Shown piece after piece: positions 51,717 to 61,223 of a DNA stretch of 64,000 nt. Below the pieces are notes generated by a model. That model was not told the DNA's origin. It was given only the letters and a program-made list of their open reading frames with translations, and made no database searches. The translations under genes and the position numbers were made by a program. The stretch lies in assembly GCA_021404905.1 (NCBI GenBank), contig QWHN01000001.1:325275-389274 (forward strand), written 5' to 3'. This stretch comes from Candidatus Saccharibacteria bacterium CPR2 (GTDB taxonomy: Bacteria; Patescibacteriota; Saccharimonadia; Saccharimonadales; QWHN01). The first letter of the stretch is position 1, and the number at the start of each line of letters is the position of its first letter.

Positions 51717-51820
51717 TTCGCACGCGTACGCGTGGGGTCAAACAGAGGAAAAATCAGGCAATTTCCAATTATCATCCACTGGCCAGCGGACCAATTTTCA
51801 AACAAAACGCAAATCCTAAA

Positions 51821-51850
51821 TTCCCAATTCCCAATTCCCAATTCCCAATT
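51821..51850 (+). repeat. (TTCCCAA)x4 heptamer tandem repeat
   Basis: Four exact heptamers plus TT. Preceded by GACCAATTTTCAAACAAA, which also occurs (with one extra TTTTCAA unit) in the 23S helix-25 module. Confidence 0.9.
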
Positions 51851-51968
51851 GCTAGTTTCTAACTCATGGGATAAATGCCGGCAAATCGCCAGCACAATTG
51901 CCGCGTCTGCTGGCGAATTGCGGGCATTTATCCGAGCTAACCTAATTTACCGCTTGGGCGCACCAAAA

Positions 51969-53135
51969 GTGCGCCAGTTTGGCGTTCGCGGGGTCCACCA
52001 GAGGCAGGCCCGTCTCCACCTGTCTACTCCCGCTAAACTTATAGGGGTGCTCACCGTATTCTTGGTGAGCACCCTTGCAGGATTTATTATTCAGTTTACG
52101 GATCAAACGCCAAAACCGGCATATGCTGCCATCAACGAACAGCTCAACTTTCAAGCACGCCTCTACAATGCCAGTGGGGGGATAGCGAGCGATGGCAACT
52201 ATAACCTGCAATTTCACATTTATAGCGGCGGTGATGGGGACCCGGATACGGCGGATGAAACGCTGGAGTGGACAGGGAGTTATCTCAAAGGTAACACTGA
52301 CGGAGTAGATGTAGCTAACGGCTACTTTAATGTACAGCTTGGCGATTCTGTTTCTCAGGTGAATACTATGGCTGACGTTGACTGGGATAATAGCACTTTG
52401 TGGCTCTCGATAAATATTGGCGATACATCATCGACTGGCACGACAACATGTGATACTGAGTCGGAGTTTGATTCAAACTGTGGTGGAGACGGGGAAATGG
52501 ATCCATTCCTGCGTCTTACATCTGTACCATATGCGTTCAACTCCAAATATCTTGGCGGAAGAAGCTCAAGCCAGTTCGCGCAGCTTGACCCAAGTTCTCA
52601 GCAAACAGGCAGTATAGATATATCTGGCACGGTAAACGCTGCGGCGCTAAACCGTACCGGAGGAAATCTTACTCTTCAAACCACTACGTCAGGAAATATA
52701 GTAATCAATGGCGCTGGAACTTTAGATGTTCAGGACGCGGCGACTTTTGCAAGCACGATTGGAGTTACAGGTACAGCAACATTCAACGGGGATGTCGATC
52801 TAGTATTGGCCGACACTGAAAACTTATCTGTTTCAAACACTGTCACCGGAACCAATGGTGTTGATCTCGTCTCGACGGTATTAACCAACAACACCACTTC
52901 TGGAACTCAGAGGATAGCAGTATTGCAAAACGCAGCAGGTAGCGGTACGACGGAAGCATTATTGGTTTTGGATAATGCGGATGCAGATACAGCAGTAACC
53001 ACTGGTTTGCAGGTAACAAGTGCTGCTGGGACGATAGGTACAGCAATAGATATATCTGATACTGAAATTGGAACAGGAATAAGCCTGGTCAAGTCCAAAC
53101 ACCGTTACTTGATACTGCCTCAGCCGTTGCTCTGA
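51969..53135 (+). CDS. Secreted/surface beta-helix-like protein, N-terminal part (frame 0)
   Basis: Basic n-region, hydrophobic LIGVLTVFLVSTLAGFII and AYA|A (signal-peptide-like), then T/S/G/N/D-rich repeats. The start is uncertain (GTG 51969 or GTG 52047). The first ~139 codons of the listed ORF cross a terminator and repeats, so they are probably non-coding. Confidence 0.6.
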   Translation: MRQFGVRGVHQRQARLHLSTPAKLIGVLTVFLVSTLAGFIIQFTDQTPKPAYAAINEQLNFQARLYNASGGIASDGNYNLQFHIYSGGDGDPDTADETLEWTGSYLKGNTDGVDVANGYFNVQLGDSVSQVNTMADVDWDNSTLWLSINIGDTSSTGTTTCDTESEFDSNCGGDGEMDPFLRLTSVPYAFNSKYLGGRSSSQFAQLDPSSQQTGSIDISGTVNAAALNRTGGNLTLQTTTSGNIVINGAGTLDVQDAATFASTIGVTGTATFNGDVDLVLADTENLSVSNTVTGTNGVDLVSTVLTNNTTSGTQRIAVLQNAAGSGTTEALLVLDNADADTAVTTGLQVTSAAGTIGTAIDISDTEIGTGISLVKSKHRYLILPQPLL

Positions 53136-54829
53136 ACATTGGTACCACTAATGCAACCTCCATCAACCTAAATGAAAACACTACCATTGCTGCTGACAAA
53201 ACATTGTCGCTAAGTAGTAGCTCAGGAAATGCAAGTCTTCTCAATGTCGGCGGGCTGAATTCGACGTCGTTCAATATCGATACAAGTTCAGGAACTGGAG
53301 CTCTACGTGTCTCGATTGGTGGAAATGGGAGCTGTACGATTGGTCGTTTGTGTGTGCAGCAGGGGCTTACAGGTACTGGTGCCGGGCCATTCACAAACGT
53401 ATACAACCTGAGCACAATTAGCAAAACAGAGGCAGCCACGATATATGGCCAGCAAATACGGGTGAACGACACAAGTTCATCAATTGCGCACACAATTTAT
53501 GGCTTGTATGTAGATAATTCAACAGGCACAACCAATGCGTCGGCGACCATTAACAGCATTTTTGCAAACGTAGATAGTGCAAATGCGGGCAATCTGCTAC
53601 AACTTCAAAGCGACTCAGCAAATGTATTTACGGTGTCTAATACAGGAGCGACAACAATACAAAATGGGTCATTGACTGTTGGCGACAGCGACTCAGCAGG
53701 CACGATCGTCCTATCAGACGGAAGTTCAAATACGGGCACAATTCAGTTAGCTGCCCTCGGATCAAATGAAGTTTATATATTCCCAGACTCAGATGGAAGC
53801 GATACAGTCTGTCTGTTAGATCTCAACAACTGTGCAACGGGCGGAACAGTCACTCTGCAAAACGCATATGGCAATGGAAATAACATTACTACCACAGAGG
53901 CAGACGGGGACATTGAATTTGACCTTGCCGACACTACTACGGATCAAGATTTTGTTGTGGACATTCAAGGTACGGGGAACACAATACAGTTTCAAGATGG
54001 CGGAACCGCGTTTGCAACGTTTAGTGATGGCGGCAAAGCACTATTTAAACCAACATCAGATGCCACGGATGTATTTAGAATCCAGAACACAGCTGGTACA
54101 AGTACGGTATTTAATGTCGATACAACAAATACGCGCATAACAGTGAACGGTGCATCAGGAGATCTTGCTAACAGAGATTTGGAAGTGGTTGATGCTCAAG
54201 TAACAACTAGGCTAAGAGTTGGGACAGGTAGTAATTATGTTGATTTTCAAGCCAACGGTGGCCAAATATATTACGGCACGGCAAGGCCAACACAAACAGT
54301 TACACTAATACCGGAATTTCCCGGAGCATCGCTTTGGGGTGATGGCACATACAACTCTGGAACTATGACCTCAGACTTTTGTTCGAACGAAACTGGGTTG
54401 TCCGTAAACACAAGTATATGTGGCTCTGGTCATGAACATAATTACTATGCATGGACAGCTACAGATTCAGGCCAGGCACAAGACTACGATATCTATGTAA
54501 GATACCAATTGCCAAAAGACTTTGGTGGATTCTCTGCAAGCGACACGATTAAATTGTTTGGATGGGTTACAAGTACAACGTCCAACTATGACAAAGTGGA
54601 GTTATCACTTTACGATGATGGGGGCAACCAATGTGGCAGCACTACCACAATAAATAGCTCTAACACTATCTGGGAAAATACAGCGATGACCGGTGATGAA
54701 ACTGCATGTACAGGTATAGATGCTGACGATGCTGGCGATACAATCACGTTTAAGATAAAGGTTTACGCAAGGAACGGTGGTTATGCTAGGGTCGGCGAGT
54801 TGTCATTTAGTTACTACGCGAAGTTCTAG
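53066..54829 (+). CDS. Continuation of the surface protein in another frame (C-terminal part)
   Basis: The frame is open from 53066, and the sequence style (..TPLLDTASAVALNIGTTNATSINL..) continues that of the upstream ORF. C-terminal domain with conserved Cys/aromatics, ending ...GELSFSYYAKF. Confidence 0.6.
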   Translation, partial: NWNRNKPGQVQTPLLDTASAVALNIGTTNATSINLNENTTIAADKTLSLSSSSGNASLLNVGGLNSTSFNIDTSSGTGALRVSIGGNGSCTIGRLCVQQGLTGTGAGPFTNVYNLSTISKTEAATIYGQQIRVNDTSSSIAHTIYGLYVDNSTGTTNASATINSIFANVDSANAGNLLQLQSDSANVFTVSNTGATTIQNGSLTVGDSDSAGTIVLSDGSSNTGTIQLAALGSNEVYIFPDSDGSDTVCLLDLNNCATGGTVTLQNAYGNGNNITTTEADGDIEFDLADTTTDQDFVVDIQGTGNTIQFQDGGTAFATFSDGGKALFKPTSDATDVFRIQNTAGTSTVFNVDTTNTRITVNGASGDLANRDLEVVDAQVTTRLRVGTGSNYVDFQANGGQIYYGTARPTQTVTLIPEFPGASLWGDGTYNSGTMTSDFCSNETGLSVNTSICGSGHEHNYYAWTATDSGQAQDYDIYVRYQLPKDFGGFSASDTIKLFGWVTSTTSNYDKVELSLYDDGGNQCGSTTTINSSNTIWENTAMTGDETACTGIDADDAGDTITFKIKVYARNGGYARVGELSFSYYAKF

Positions 54830-54837
54830 GGGATGAT

Positions 54838-57800
54838 ATGAAATACACGATAAGACTAAAAAAATACAGAGCAAACAGAAAAATTAGAACTGGATTTATC
54901 TGGAGATACTTAAGATTAGCCTTGAAATATTACAAGCTAGCTATCTTAGGTATTGTCGTCCTTGTCATATCAATATTGGGTGGAAAATACTTATACCAAC
55001 AAAAAGTCGAAAACAGGTATATCTTTAAAAATAACGCAGGCAATTTGCTTGAAGAATCTAACGAAAAACTTGCTAAAGCTATTACATATAATGGTCAAAC
55101 CAATTCTTACACTTTGGGTGAAAATAAAAAGCCAGACACCAGCAACTTGCCGGAAGATGTCCCACAAAGCGTGAAAGACGAATTAACGAAGACAGATAGC
55201 AAACTTCCATTCCAAATAGACATATCCAGAGACTTCAAGAACGGGTTTAGCGTTACAGACAAGGACATGAATTTAAGCGTAAAAATGTTGCCATTATTTG
55301 ATGCTTACAAAGCCAGAAAGGATGACGTAGGCTACATAACCTTTCCGCTTAAAAAGATGGATGGGGCCCAGCTGGTACATACCGTAACCAGCACTGGGCT
55401 TAAAGAAGACATTGTTCTGTATAAACCTGCCCAAAAAGCTGAATTTAAATACAAACTGGAGTTGCCGGATTATTTGGAAGCCAGAGTTGAAGAAAACGGC
55501 TCTATCGGCATATATTCCGCGGATCCGGCTTTGTTTGGAGATATAAGCTATGGTCAAGATGCCGATAGAGAGAAAATACAAAAAGCCCGCGAAAACAATA
55601 AAAAAACGAATTTAGTATTTACTATCCCGGCGCCGGTAATTTATGAGCAAAACGGACGCGGCGGACGGCAAGTCGTGGAAGTTTCTGATGTGCAATATGC
55701 ATTGGCTGGGGATGAATTGACAATTGTGGGCAATGGTATGGACAAACTACATTTTCCGATCTCTATCGACCCAACTATAGTAGTTACTTCAACAAATGAT
55801 TTTTACAAATTGAATAATGAATATGCTGCCAATACAGCAACAAATGGAGAAATAAAACGATCATCTATGAACGGAGCTGAACTATGGGATACACAGTATG
55901 AAGTAACGAGTGATTTAGCTCAAAATAGGCAAAATTCTTGCGGTTTAGTGTATAACAATTATTTTTATGTTCTTGGGGGGGATAATCGAATAGACATTGA
56001 ATATATTGAAATTGCGAGTGACGGCAGTCTTACTGGTAATTGGACAACAAATGCCAATGATCTGCCCTACACAACTGAAGCATTAGATATTGCATGTGCT
56101 GAATATAATGGTTATTTATATGTAATAGGAGGTTATGACAACGGCAGCTCGAAATTTAAAGAAACTTATAACGCAAAAGTTAACAGTGATGGCAGTTTAT
56201 CCTCCTGGACAGATACAGGGTACAATTTAACCTACGACAGGCAAAGCGCAACAGCACGTACATACAAAGGATATTTATATATTGTAGCTGGCCGATCTAC
56301 GTGTATAGGCAGCAAAACGGTTGAATATGCAAAACTCAATAGCGACGGGACAACGGGAGCCTGGCAAACCACAACGACTATGGTTTATCAAAGACTTAAC
56401 TCTGGTGTAGTTATATACGATGGATACATTTTTGCAACTGGAGGGTGGTATTACGCTTCTGCATGTACCGGTGCAACTATGAGCGGCACAAGCGAATCAG
56501 CAAAGATAAAAAGTGATGGGTCGCTGGAAAGCTGGAACACAATAAACTCAATGAACAATACTAGAAGAGGGCATGGTGCAGTAGCAATGGATGGTTATTT
56601 ATACTCAATACTAGGCGATAGAAATGTAGGGCTATTAGATGATTATGAATACGCACCAATTTTACCCGGAGGAAAAATTGGAACTTGGACTACTGTGGAC
56701 AATAATTGGTCTGGCCACTCCATATCAGCACAAGCTTATAGAAACGGATATGTATATATGGCAGGCGCGTGGACCAGCGCGACAAGATATAAAGAAGAAA
56801 GTTACTTCAAACTAAAATCTCACGGCGCGGTTGGTGCATACTCTAACACAACTCTGTCCAGCGCAAGAAAAGATTCCGCTACAGTTACGTACAAAGATTG
56901 TGTTTACATAATTGGCGGCATTAATTCTTCGGGAAGCAGAACCCAGAATATTTATTACGCTACGCTAAACGACAACGGCTCATTTGGAACTTGGACAGAT
57001 TCTTCCACCAACTTGAGCAACATGACAAGCGCACCCACAAACGGCCTTTCTGGTATGGCGGTGGCTGTATTTAACGACAGGCTGTACATAGTTGGTGGGA
57101 CACATAATGATGGTTCCCCGGCGGCAAGGACGGTAGTAGAGTCTATCAGGGTGCAGGATGAGCAGTGTGGTTTCACGGGAAGTTGGTCTAGCAACACGGC
57201 ACTGCCGTCTGCGCGGACGGAACATGGTGCCGTGGTTCATGGAGACAGAATTATAGTAGTAGGAGGGAGTGACGGAACCAATCCCCAGAGCACGGTGTAC
57301 TATAGCGATGCCTTGAGTAAAGACGAGACCAGTGGAACGTTTACAAATTGGAACACCGCTACAAACGTGGCTTTAAACACCGCTAGAGACAATCACACGG
57401 TGGTATATGGTAACGGATATGTATATGCGATTGGGGGTCATGATGGTACTAACAGGTTGGCGTCCGTTGAAGTGGCAAGTGCCAGCAACATAATAACTAA
57501 TAATGCATCAGGAGATTGGGCCTCAACCACGGCGTTGCCGGTATCTAGATCTCACCATGGTAGCGTTATAGAAGATGGAGTTATATATGCTTCGGGAGGT
57601 AAAAAAGATTCCGGTGGCACGCGCAGCACGGATTTGCTGTTTGCTCAAATAAAAAGCGACGGCACAATTGGCGATTGGGTTACAGATACCAATGGAGGAG
57701 CTGTGTCCTTTACTACCGCGAGAGACGCACATGCGATGGCATCACATAATAGCAGGATATATATAATGGGCGGAGATGATGGCACATCGGCTATAAATGA

Positions 57801-59334
57801 CATAAGGTATAGTGCTTTACTTAATTCTACACAAGGTACTAATAACGCATGGAGTTCGACTACGAGCTTAGGCGCGGGAAACGAGTTGGTACGTTATTGC
57901 TCCGTAACATACACCGGAACTTCATCTACATATTTATATGTAATAGGTGGGAGGCGGACAGATACCGGTAGCAGATTGACTGAGGTTAGAAAAAATACCT
58001 TCAACTCTGATGGCACAATAGGTACTTGGGTTACATCTCCGGATTCGGGGAATCTGGATGTTTTGTCTACCGCGCTAAGTGACCATTCCTGTGCTGTATA
58101 TGGCAACTACGTTTATGTTTTAGGAGGGAATGATGCTACTTCAAGAGTATCTTCCGTTAGTTATGCAACACTGACAGCGTCTAATGGTAATCTGGATAAC
58201 TGGACTAGCGCGGACGGGATAGATACGAACGATGATGGAGATGCCACCGACAATGATGATAAGCGCGATAAGTTGGGAGTCGTGGCATACAACGGATACA
58301 TGTATGTAATTGGGGGCGAAACCGAAACGTCGGGCAGTTCAATAGCAACTGTCAACTATATCGATATAAACACTGATGGTACACTGGGCGATACAGGTAA
58401 TAATGATTGGGCAGCAACTTCGAGCCTTGGCACAGCTCGGCGCGACCACGCGGTTGCATTTGGCAACGGATATCTGTATGCTCTGGGCGGCTATTCCAAC
58501 ACATACAGCCTAAAGATTAGAACAGTAGAATACGCTCAGTTTAATAGCAATGGAACTTTGTCCAGCTGGGCATTTACCAATGATATCCCAGAGCAGATAT
58601 CTAATGCAGAGGCTGTGTTTAATAATGGATACTTGTATCTGGTAGGTGGATCATATCAGGGAGGAACCACTTTAATCAACGAAGTAATATCGGCCCCGAT
58701 TTATCAAAACGGCATGATTGGCAAGTGGAACATGGAAGATACAAACGTAATTAGTAATGCAAGAGAAAACCATACGGTAGTAACTAACAATAGCTATCTT
58801 TACATAATAGGCGGCTGGGATACCTCAACAAACTATTATTCAGACGTGCAATATGCACAGCTAGTAACGTCGCCAAGGACAGCGGCGTTTAGTAAAACAG
58901 TTTATTATACTGAATCAGACGCGACAGACGATAACCAGTACGTGAAATTCGTAGATGAGATGTATAACGGTACGGATTTGGCAAACGAAACGCTCACAAT
59001 TTCATACGACACGTCATGTAATGCGACACTTGATTATGGCAGTTTGACAAATTTTAGCACCCCAAGTGCGGGCACAGCCAACTCGATAAATACCACCGGC
59101 AAGTCTTTGTATTTATTCTATAGCTTAGACTATTCAAATGGTGCAGCCTTTCCTCTTAGCAGTACGGTTTTTACGGATATTAGCATCAACTATTACTTAA
59201 AGACAGAAACAGCCGTGTTCATGCGTCATGGTAAATGGTTTGCGGGTGATAAAACTAAAAGGTTGATTCCAGACAACGCCGAACAGCCGTTTGACACCAG
59301 CCCGGATAATTCGGCGTATACATGTACAACATAG
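54838..59334 (+). CDS. Membrane-anchored giant Kelch-repeat protein (about 18 blades)
   Basis: N-terminal TM (LAILGIVVLVISILGG). About 18 recurrences of the pattern x-Y-(L/V/I)-Y-(V/I)-(I/L)-GG, each preceded by (N/K)SDG(S/T)xxxW. 1498 aa. Confidence 0.85.
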   Translation: MKYTIRLKKYRANRKIRTGFIWRYLRLALKYYKLAILGIVVLVISILGGKYLYQQKVENRYIFKNNAGNLLEESNEKLAKAITYNGQTNSYTLGENKKPDTSNLPEDVPQSVKDELTKTDSKLPFQIDISRDFKNGFSVTDKDMNLSVKMLPLFDAYKARKDDVGYITFPLKKMDGAQLVHTVTSTGLKEDIVLYKPAQKAEFKYKLELPDYLEARVEENGSIGIYSADPALFGDISYGQDADREKIQKARENNKKTNLVFTIPAPVIYEQNGRGGRQVVEVSDVQYALAGDELTIVGNGMDKLHFPISIDPTIVVTSTNDFYKLNNEYAANTATNGEIKRSSMNGAELWDTQYEVTSDLAQNRQNSCGLVYNNYFYVLGGDNRIDIEYIEIASDGSLTGNWTTNANDLPYTTEALDIACAEYNGYLYVIGGYDNGSSKFKETYNAKVNSDGSLSSWTDTGYNLTYDRQSATARTYKGYLYIVAGRSTCIGSKTVEYAKLNSDGTTGAWQTTTTMVYQRLNSGVVIYDGYIFATGGWYYASACTGATMSGTSESAKIKSDGSLESWNTINSMNNTRRGHGAVAMDGYLYSILGDRNVGLLDDYEYAPILPGGKIGTWTTVDNNWSGHSISAQAYRNGYVYMAGAWTSATRYKEESYFKLKSHGAVGAYSNTTLSSARKDSATVTYKDCVYIIGGINSSGSRTQNIYYATLNDNGSFGTWTDSSTNLSNMTSAPTNGLSGMAVAVFNDRLYIVGGTHNDGSPAARTVVESIRVQDEQCGFTGSWSSNTALPSARTEHGAVVHGDRIIVVGGSDGTNPQSTVYYSDALSKDETSGTFTNWNTATNVALNTARDNHTVVYGNGYVYAIGGHDGTNRLASVEVASASNIITNNASGDWASTTALPVSRSHHGSVIEDGVIYASGGKKDSGGTRSTDLLFAQIKSDGTIGDWVTDTNGGAVSFTTARDAHAMASHNSRIYIMGGDDGTSAINDIRYSALLNSTQGTNNAWSSTTSLGAGNELVRYCSVTYTGTSSTYLYVIGGRRTDTGSRLTEVRKNTFNSDGTIGTWVTSPDSGNLDVLSTALSDHSCAVYGNYVYVLGGNDATSRVSSVSYATLTASNGNLDNWTSADGIDTNDDGDATDNDDKRDKLGVVAYNGYMYVIGGETETSGSSIATVNYIDINTDGTLGDTGNNDWAATSSLGTARRDHAVAFGNGYLYALGGYSNTYSLKIRTVEYAQFNSNGTLSSWAFTNDIPEQISNAEAVFNNGYLYLVGGSYQGGTTLINEVISAPIYQNGMIGKWNMEDTNVISNARENHTVVTNNSYLYIIGGWDTSTNYYSDVQYAQLVTSPRTAAFSKTVYYTESDATDDNQYVKFVDEMYNGTDLANETLTISYDTSCNATLDYGSLTNFSTPSAGTANSINTTGKSLYLFYSLDYSNGAAFPLSSTVFTDISINYYLKTETAVFMRHGKWFAGDKTKRLIPDNAEQPFDTSPDNSAYTCTT

Positions 59335-59348
59335 GACGTAAAATAAAG

Positions 59349-60203
59349 ATGAAAAATTCGCAAAACAGACACTGGCAAAAAAGAAAAGCGACAAAACTGA
59401 GCGGTTTCACGGTGGTAACAGGACTGTGCTTACTAGTTGCTATATTTACAATACAAATAGTCAGTGCTGTGGGAATTTCCACTGGCTATAAGACGAATGA
59501 AGAAATTGAACAGGGGATGATCGTAAGTTTATCGAGCGATTTGGAAAATAGCGTTGTAAAAAGCACATTGGCAAATGAGTCTAGAATAGCAGGAGTAGCA
59601 GTTAGTTCAACCAGCGGTGCGATTTCGTTGTCATCTCCAACATCCGACATACAAGTCTCTTCGGACGGGAGCGTAAAAGTGTATGTTTCTGATTTAGGAG
59701 GGGAGATAAAAAAAGGTGACTATATAGGGCTGTCGAACCTAAGGGGTATTGGCGTAAAAGCAAGTTCATCGAACCAGTATGTGCTAGGCACGGCGCTGGA
59801 AGATGTAGATTTCAGTTCCAATTATCTGGGTTCCACAAATGTTGTTGGTGCAAGTGAGGAAAATATTGAAAGTAAAATTGCTCTAACGAGTGTGATGCTT
59901 GAGATCAAAGACAACCCTGTTGGCAACGAGAAGGCGAAGCCATTTTTGGTTGTTGCCGGGGAGAGCATAGCAGGCAAGCCGGTTTCGTTTCCTCAAGTCA
60001 TAGTCTCTGCCTTGATAATAGTAGTTGTGTTTGTGATTGCCGGCGCGTTACTTTTTGCGGCTATTAAAGGTTCGTTTATATCTATCGGGCGTAACCCTCT
60101 AGCAGTAAAATCAATACACGGGAGTTTACTAAGAGTTTCTGTAACATCTGGTTTGATTATATTAATTGGCATCGGTATTGCCTACGCCATACTCCTTGTC
60201 TAA
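59349..60203 (+). CDS. Membrane protein (N-terminal TM anchor, C-terminal multi-TM)
   Basis: The ORF follows the Kelch gene. TM at FTVVTGLCLLVAIFTIQIV and three C-terminal helices. ATG 59349 preferred. Confidence 0.6.
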   Translation: MKNSQNRHWQKRKATKLSGFTVVTGLCLLVAIFTIQIVSAVGISTGYKTNEEIEQGMIVSLSSDLENSVVKSTLANESRIAGVAVSSTSGAISLSSPTSDIQVSSDGSVKVYVSDLGGEIKKGDYIGLSNLRGIGVKASSSNQYVLGTALEDVDFSSNYLGSTNVVGASEENIESKIALTSVMLEIKDNPVGNEKAKPFLVVAGESIAGKPVSFPQVIVSALIIVVVFVIAGALLFAAIKGSFISIGRNPLAVKSIHGSLLRVSVTSGLIILIGIGIAYAILLV

Positions 60204-60240
60204 GTTTACCTAACTCATAAAATAAACTTTTTAAGTAGAG

Positions 60241-61040
60241 CTGCAAGGAGCCTCCTTGCAGAAACAGGGTTGCCTATCTGTTCTTGCAAGGAGCCTCCTT
60301 GCAATTTGAGATTTTATGTTATAGTAGCTTTATGCCAGCAAGAAACATAGAAAAAATATACGCTAGCGAAGTTTATTATCATTTGTATAACAGGGGTGTA
60401 GAAAAACGTGATATTTTTATGGATGATGAAGACTATAGAGTCTTTCTGAATTTGCTCAAAAGATATTTGGGGGTTGAAAAATTCATAGATAAATTCGGCA
60501 GAGAGTATCCAAATTATCACGAGAGAATAGATTTAATATCATATTCTCTGATGCCTAATCACTACCATCTTCTTTTGTGGGTAAATGACGATATGGCGAT
60601 GACAGACTTGTTAAGATCACTGGCAACTGCTTATAGCATGTATTTTAACAAAAAATATAAAAGGGTAGGTAAATTGTTTCAGGATAGATTTAAAGCATCG
60701 ATGATAAGAAGCGAAGAATATTTATGGCATATCACAAGATATATACATCTTAATTCGGAAGATATTGGCAAGAAATTTAATGAATATAAATACTCTAGTT
60801 ACAAATACTATGAAGGCAAGGCGCAGGCAGAGTGGGTGAAGCCAGGTGTAATTATCGATATGTTTAAGGAAGCGAACCAAGATTATAAAAAATTCCATGA
60901 AGATTACATAGATTATAGGAATTCGCTAAAATTTATTGATCTGACAGAATAGGGTAAAACTTTCATCCAACTTAAGCTAGCGAATATCTCATAAGGAAAA
61001 GCTTTAACATTTTGCAAGGAGGCTCCTTGCAAAATGTTAA
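60241..61040. mobile_element. REPtron-like unit: RAYT transposase gene flanked by REP-like palindromes
   Basis: CTGCAAGGAGCCTCCTTGCAG (60241-60261) and TTGCAAGGAGCCTCCTTGCAA (60284-60304) lie upstream. Inverted-orientation TTGCAAGGAGGCTCCTTGCAA (61012-61032) lies downstream, within a 37-nt perfect palindrome (61004-61040). Confidence 0.7.
60332..60952 (+). CDS. IS200/IS605-like Y1 transposase, RAYT type
   Basis: YHLYNRGVEKRDIF, MPNHYHLLL (HUH motif) and a tyrosine-containing YIHLN region. ATG 60332 preferred, because the upstream part of the listed ORF covers the palindrome. Confidence 0.8.
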   Translation: MPARNIEKIYASEVYYHLYNRGVEKRDIFMDDEDYRVFLNLLKRYLGVEKFIDKFGREYPNYHERIDLISYSLMPNHYHLLLWVNDDMAMTDLLRSLATAYSMYFNKKYKRVGKLFQDRFKASMIRSEEYLWHITRYIHLNSEDIGKKFNEYKYSSYKYYEGKAQAEWVKPGVIIDMFKEANQDYKKFHEDYIDYRNSLKFIDLTE

Positions 61041-61107
61041 TGTTTAAGGATAGTAAAGTATAGATCTATTGTTGCTGTTTAGTTGGTGGTTGCAGTCACT
61101 GGGTTAC

Positions 61108-61127
61108 TGTGGATAAAGTGTGAATAA
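61108..61127 (-). promoter_or_regulatory. Tandem DnaA-box-like motifs
   Basis: TGTGGATAA (reverse complement of TTATCCACA, perfect) and TGTGAATAA (1 mismatch), separated by 2 nt. About 100 nt upstream of the giant gene. Confidence 0.3.
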
Positions 61128-61223
61128 TCTGGGGGCGAATTGTGATAAAACCCTTGTGTTTATAGATAGGCTACCTCTATAATGTAACCAGTCCATTCAA
61201 AAGACGAAAACAAAAAACAAAAA

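Noticed and set aside
51552-51968. N-terminal ~139 codons of listed ORF 51552-53135.
   Set aside because: This stretch crosses a strong intrinsic terminator (51685-51716), palindromes and a heptamer tandem repeat, and its translation is Arg-rich nonsense. The recognisable protein begins at the signal-peptide-like segment near 51969-52047.
53066-53135. Programmed -1 ribosomal frameshift joining the two surface-protein ORFs.
   Set aside because: There is no slippery heptamer or obvious downstream pseudoknot in the overlap. An indel, real or from sequencing, is the simpler explanation.
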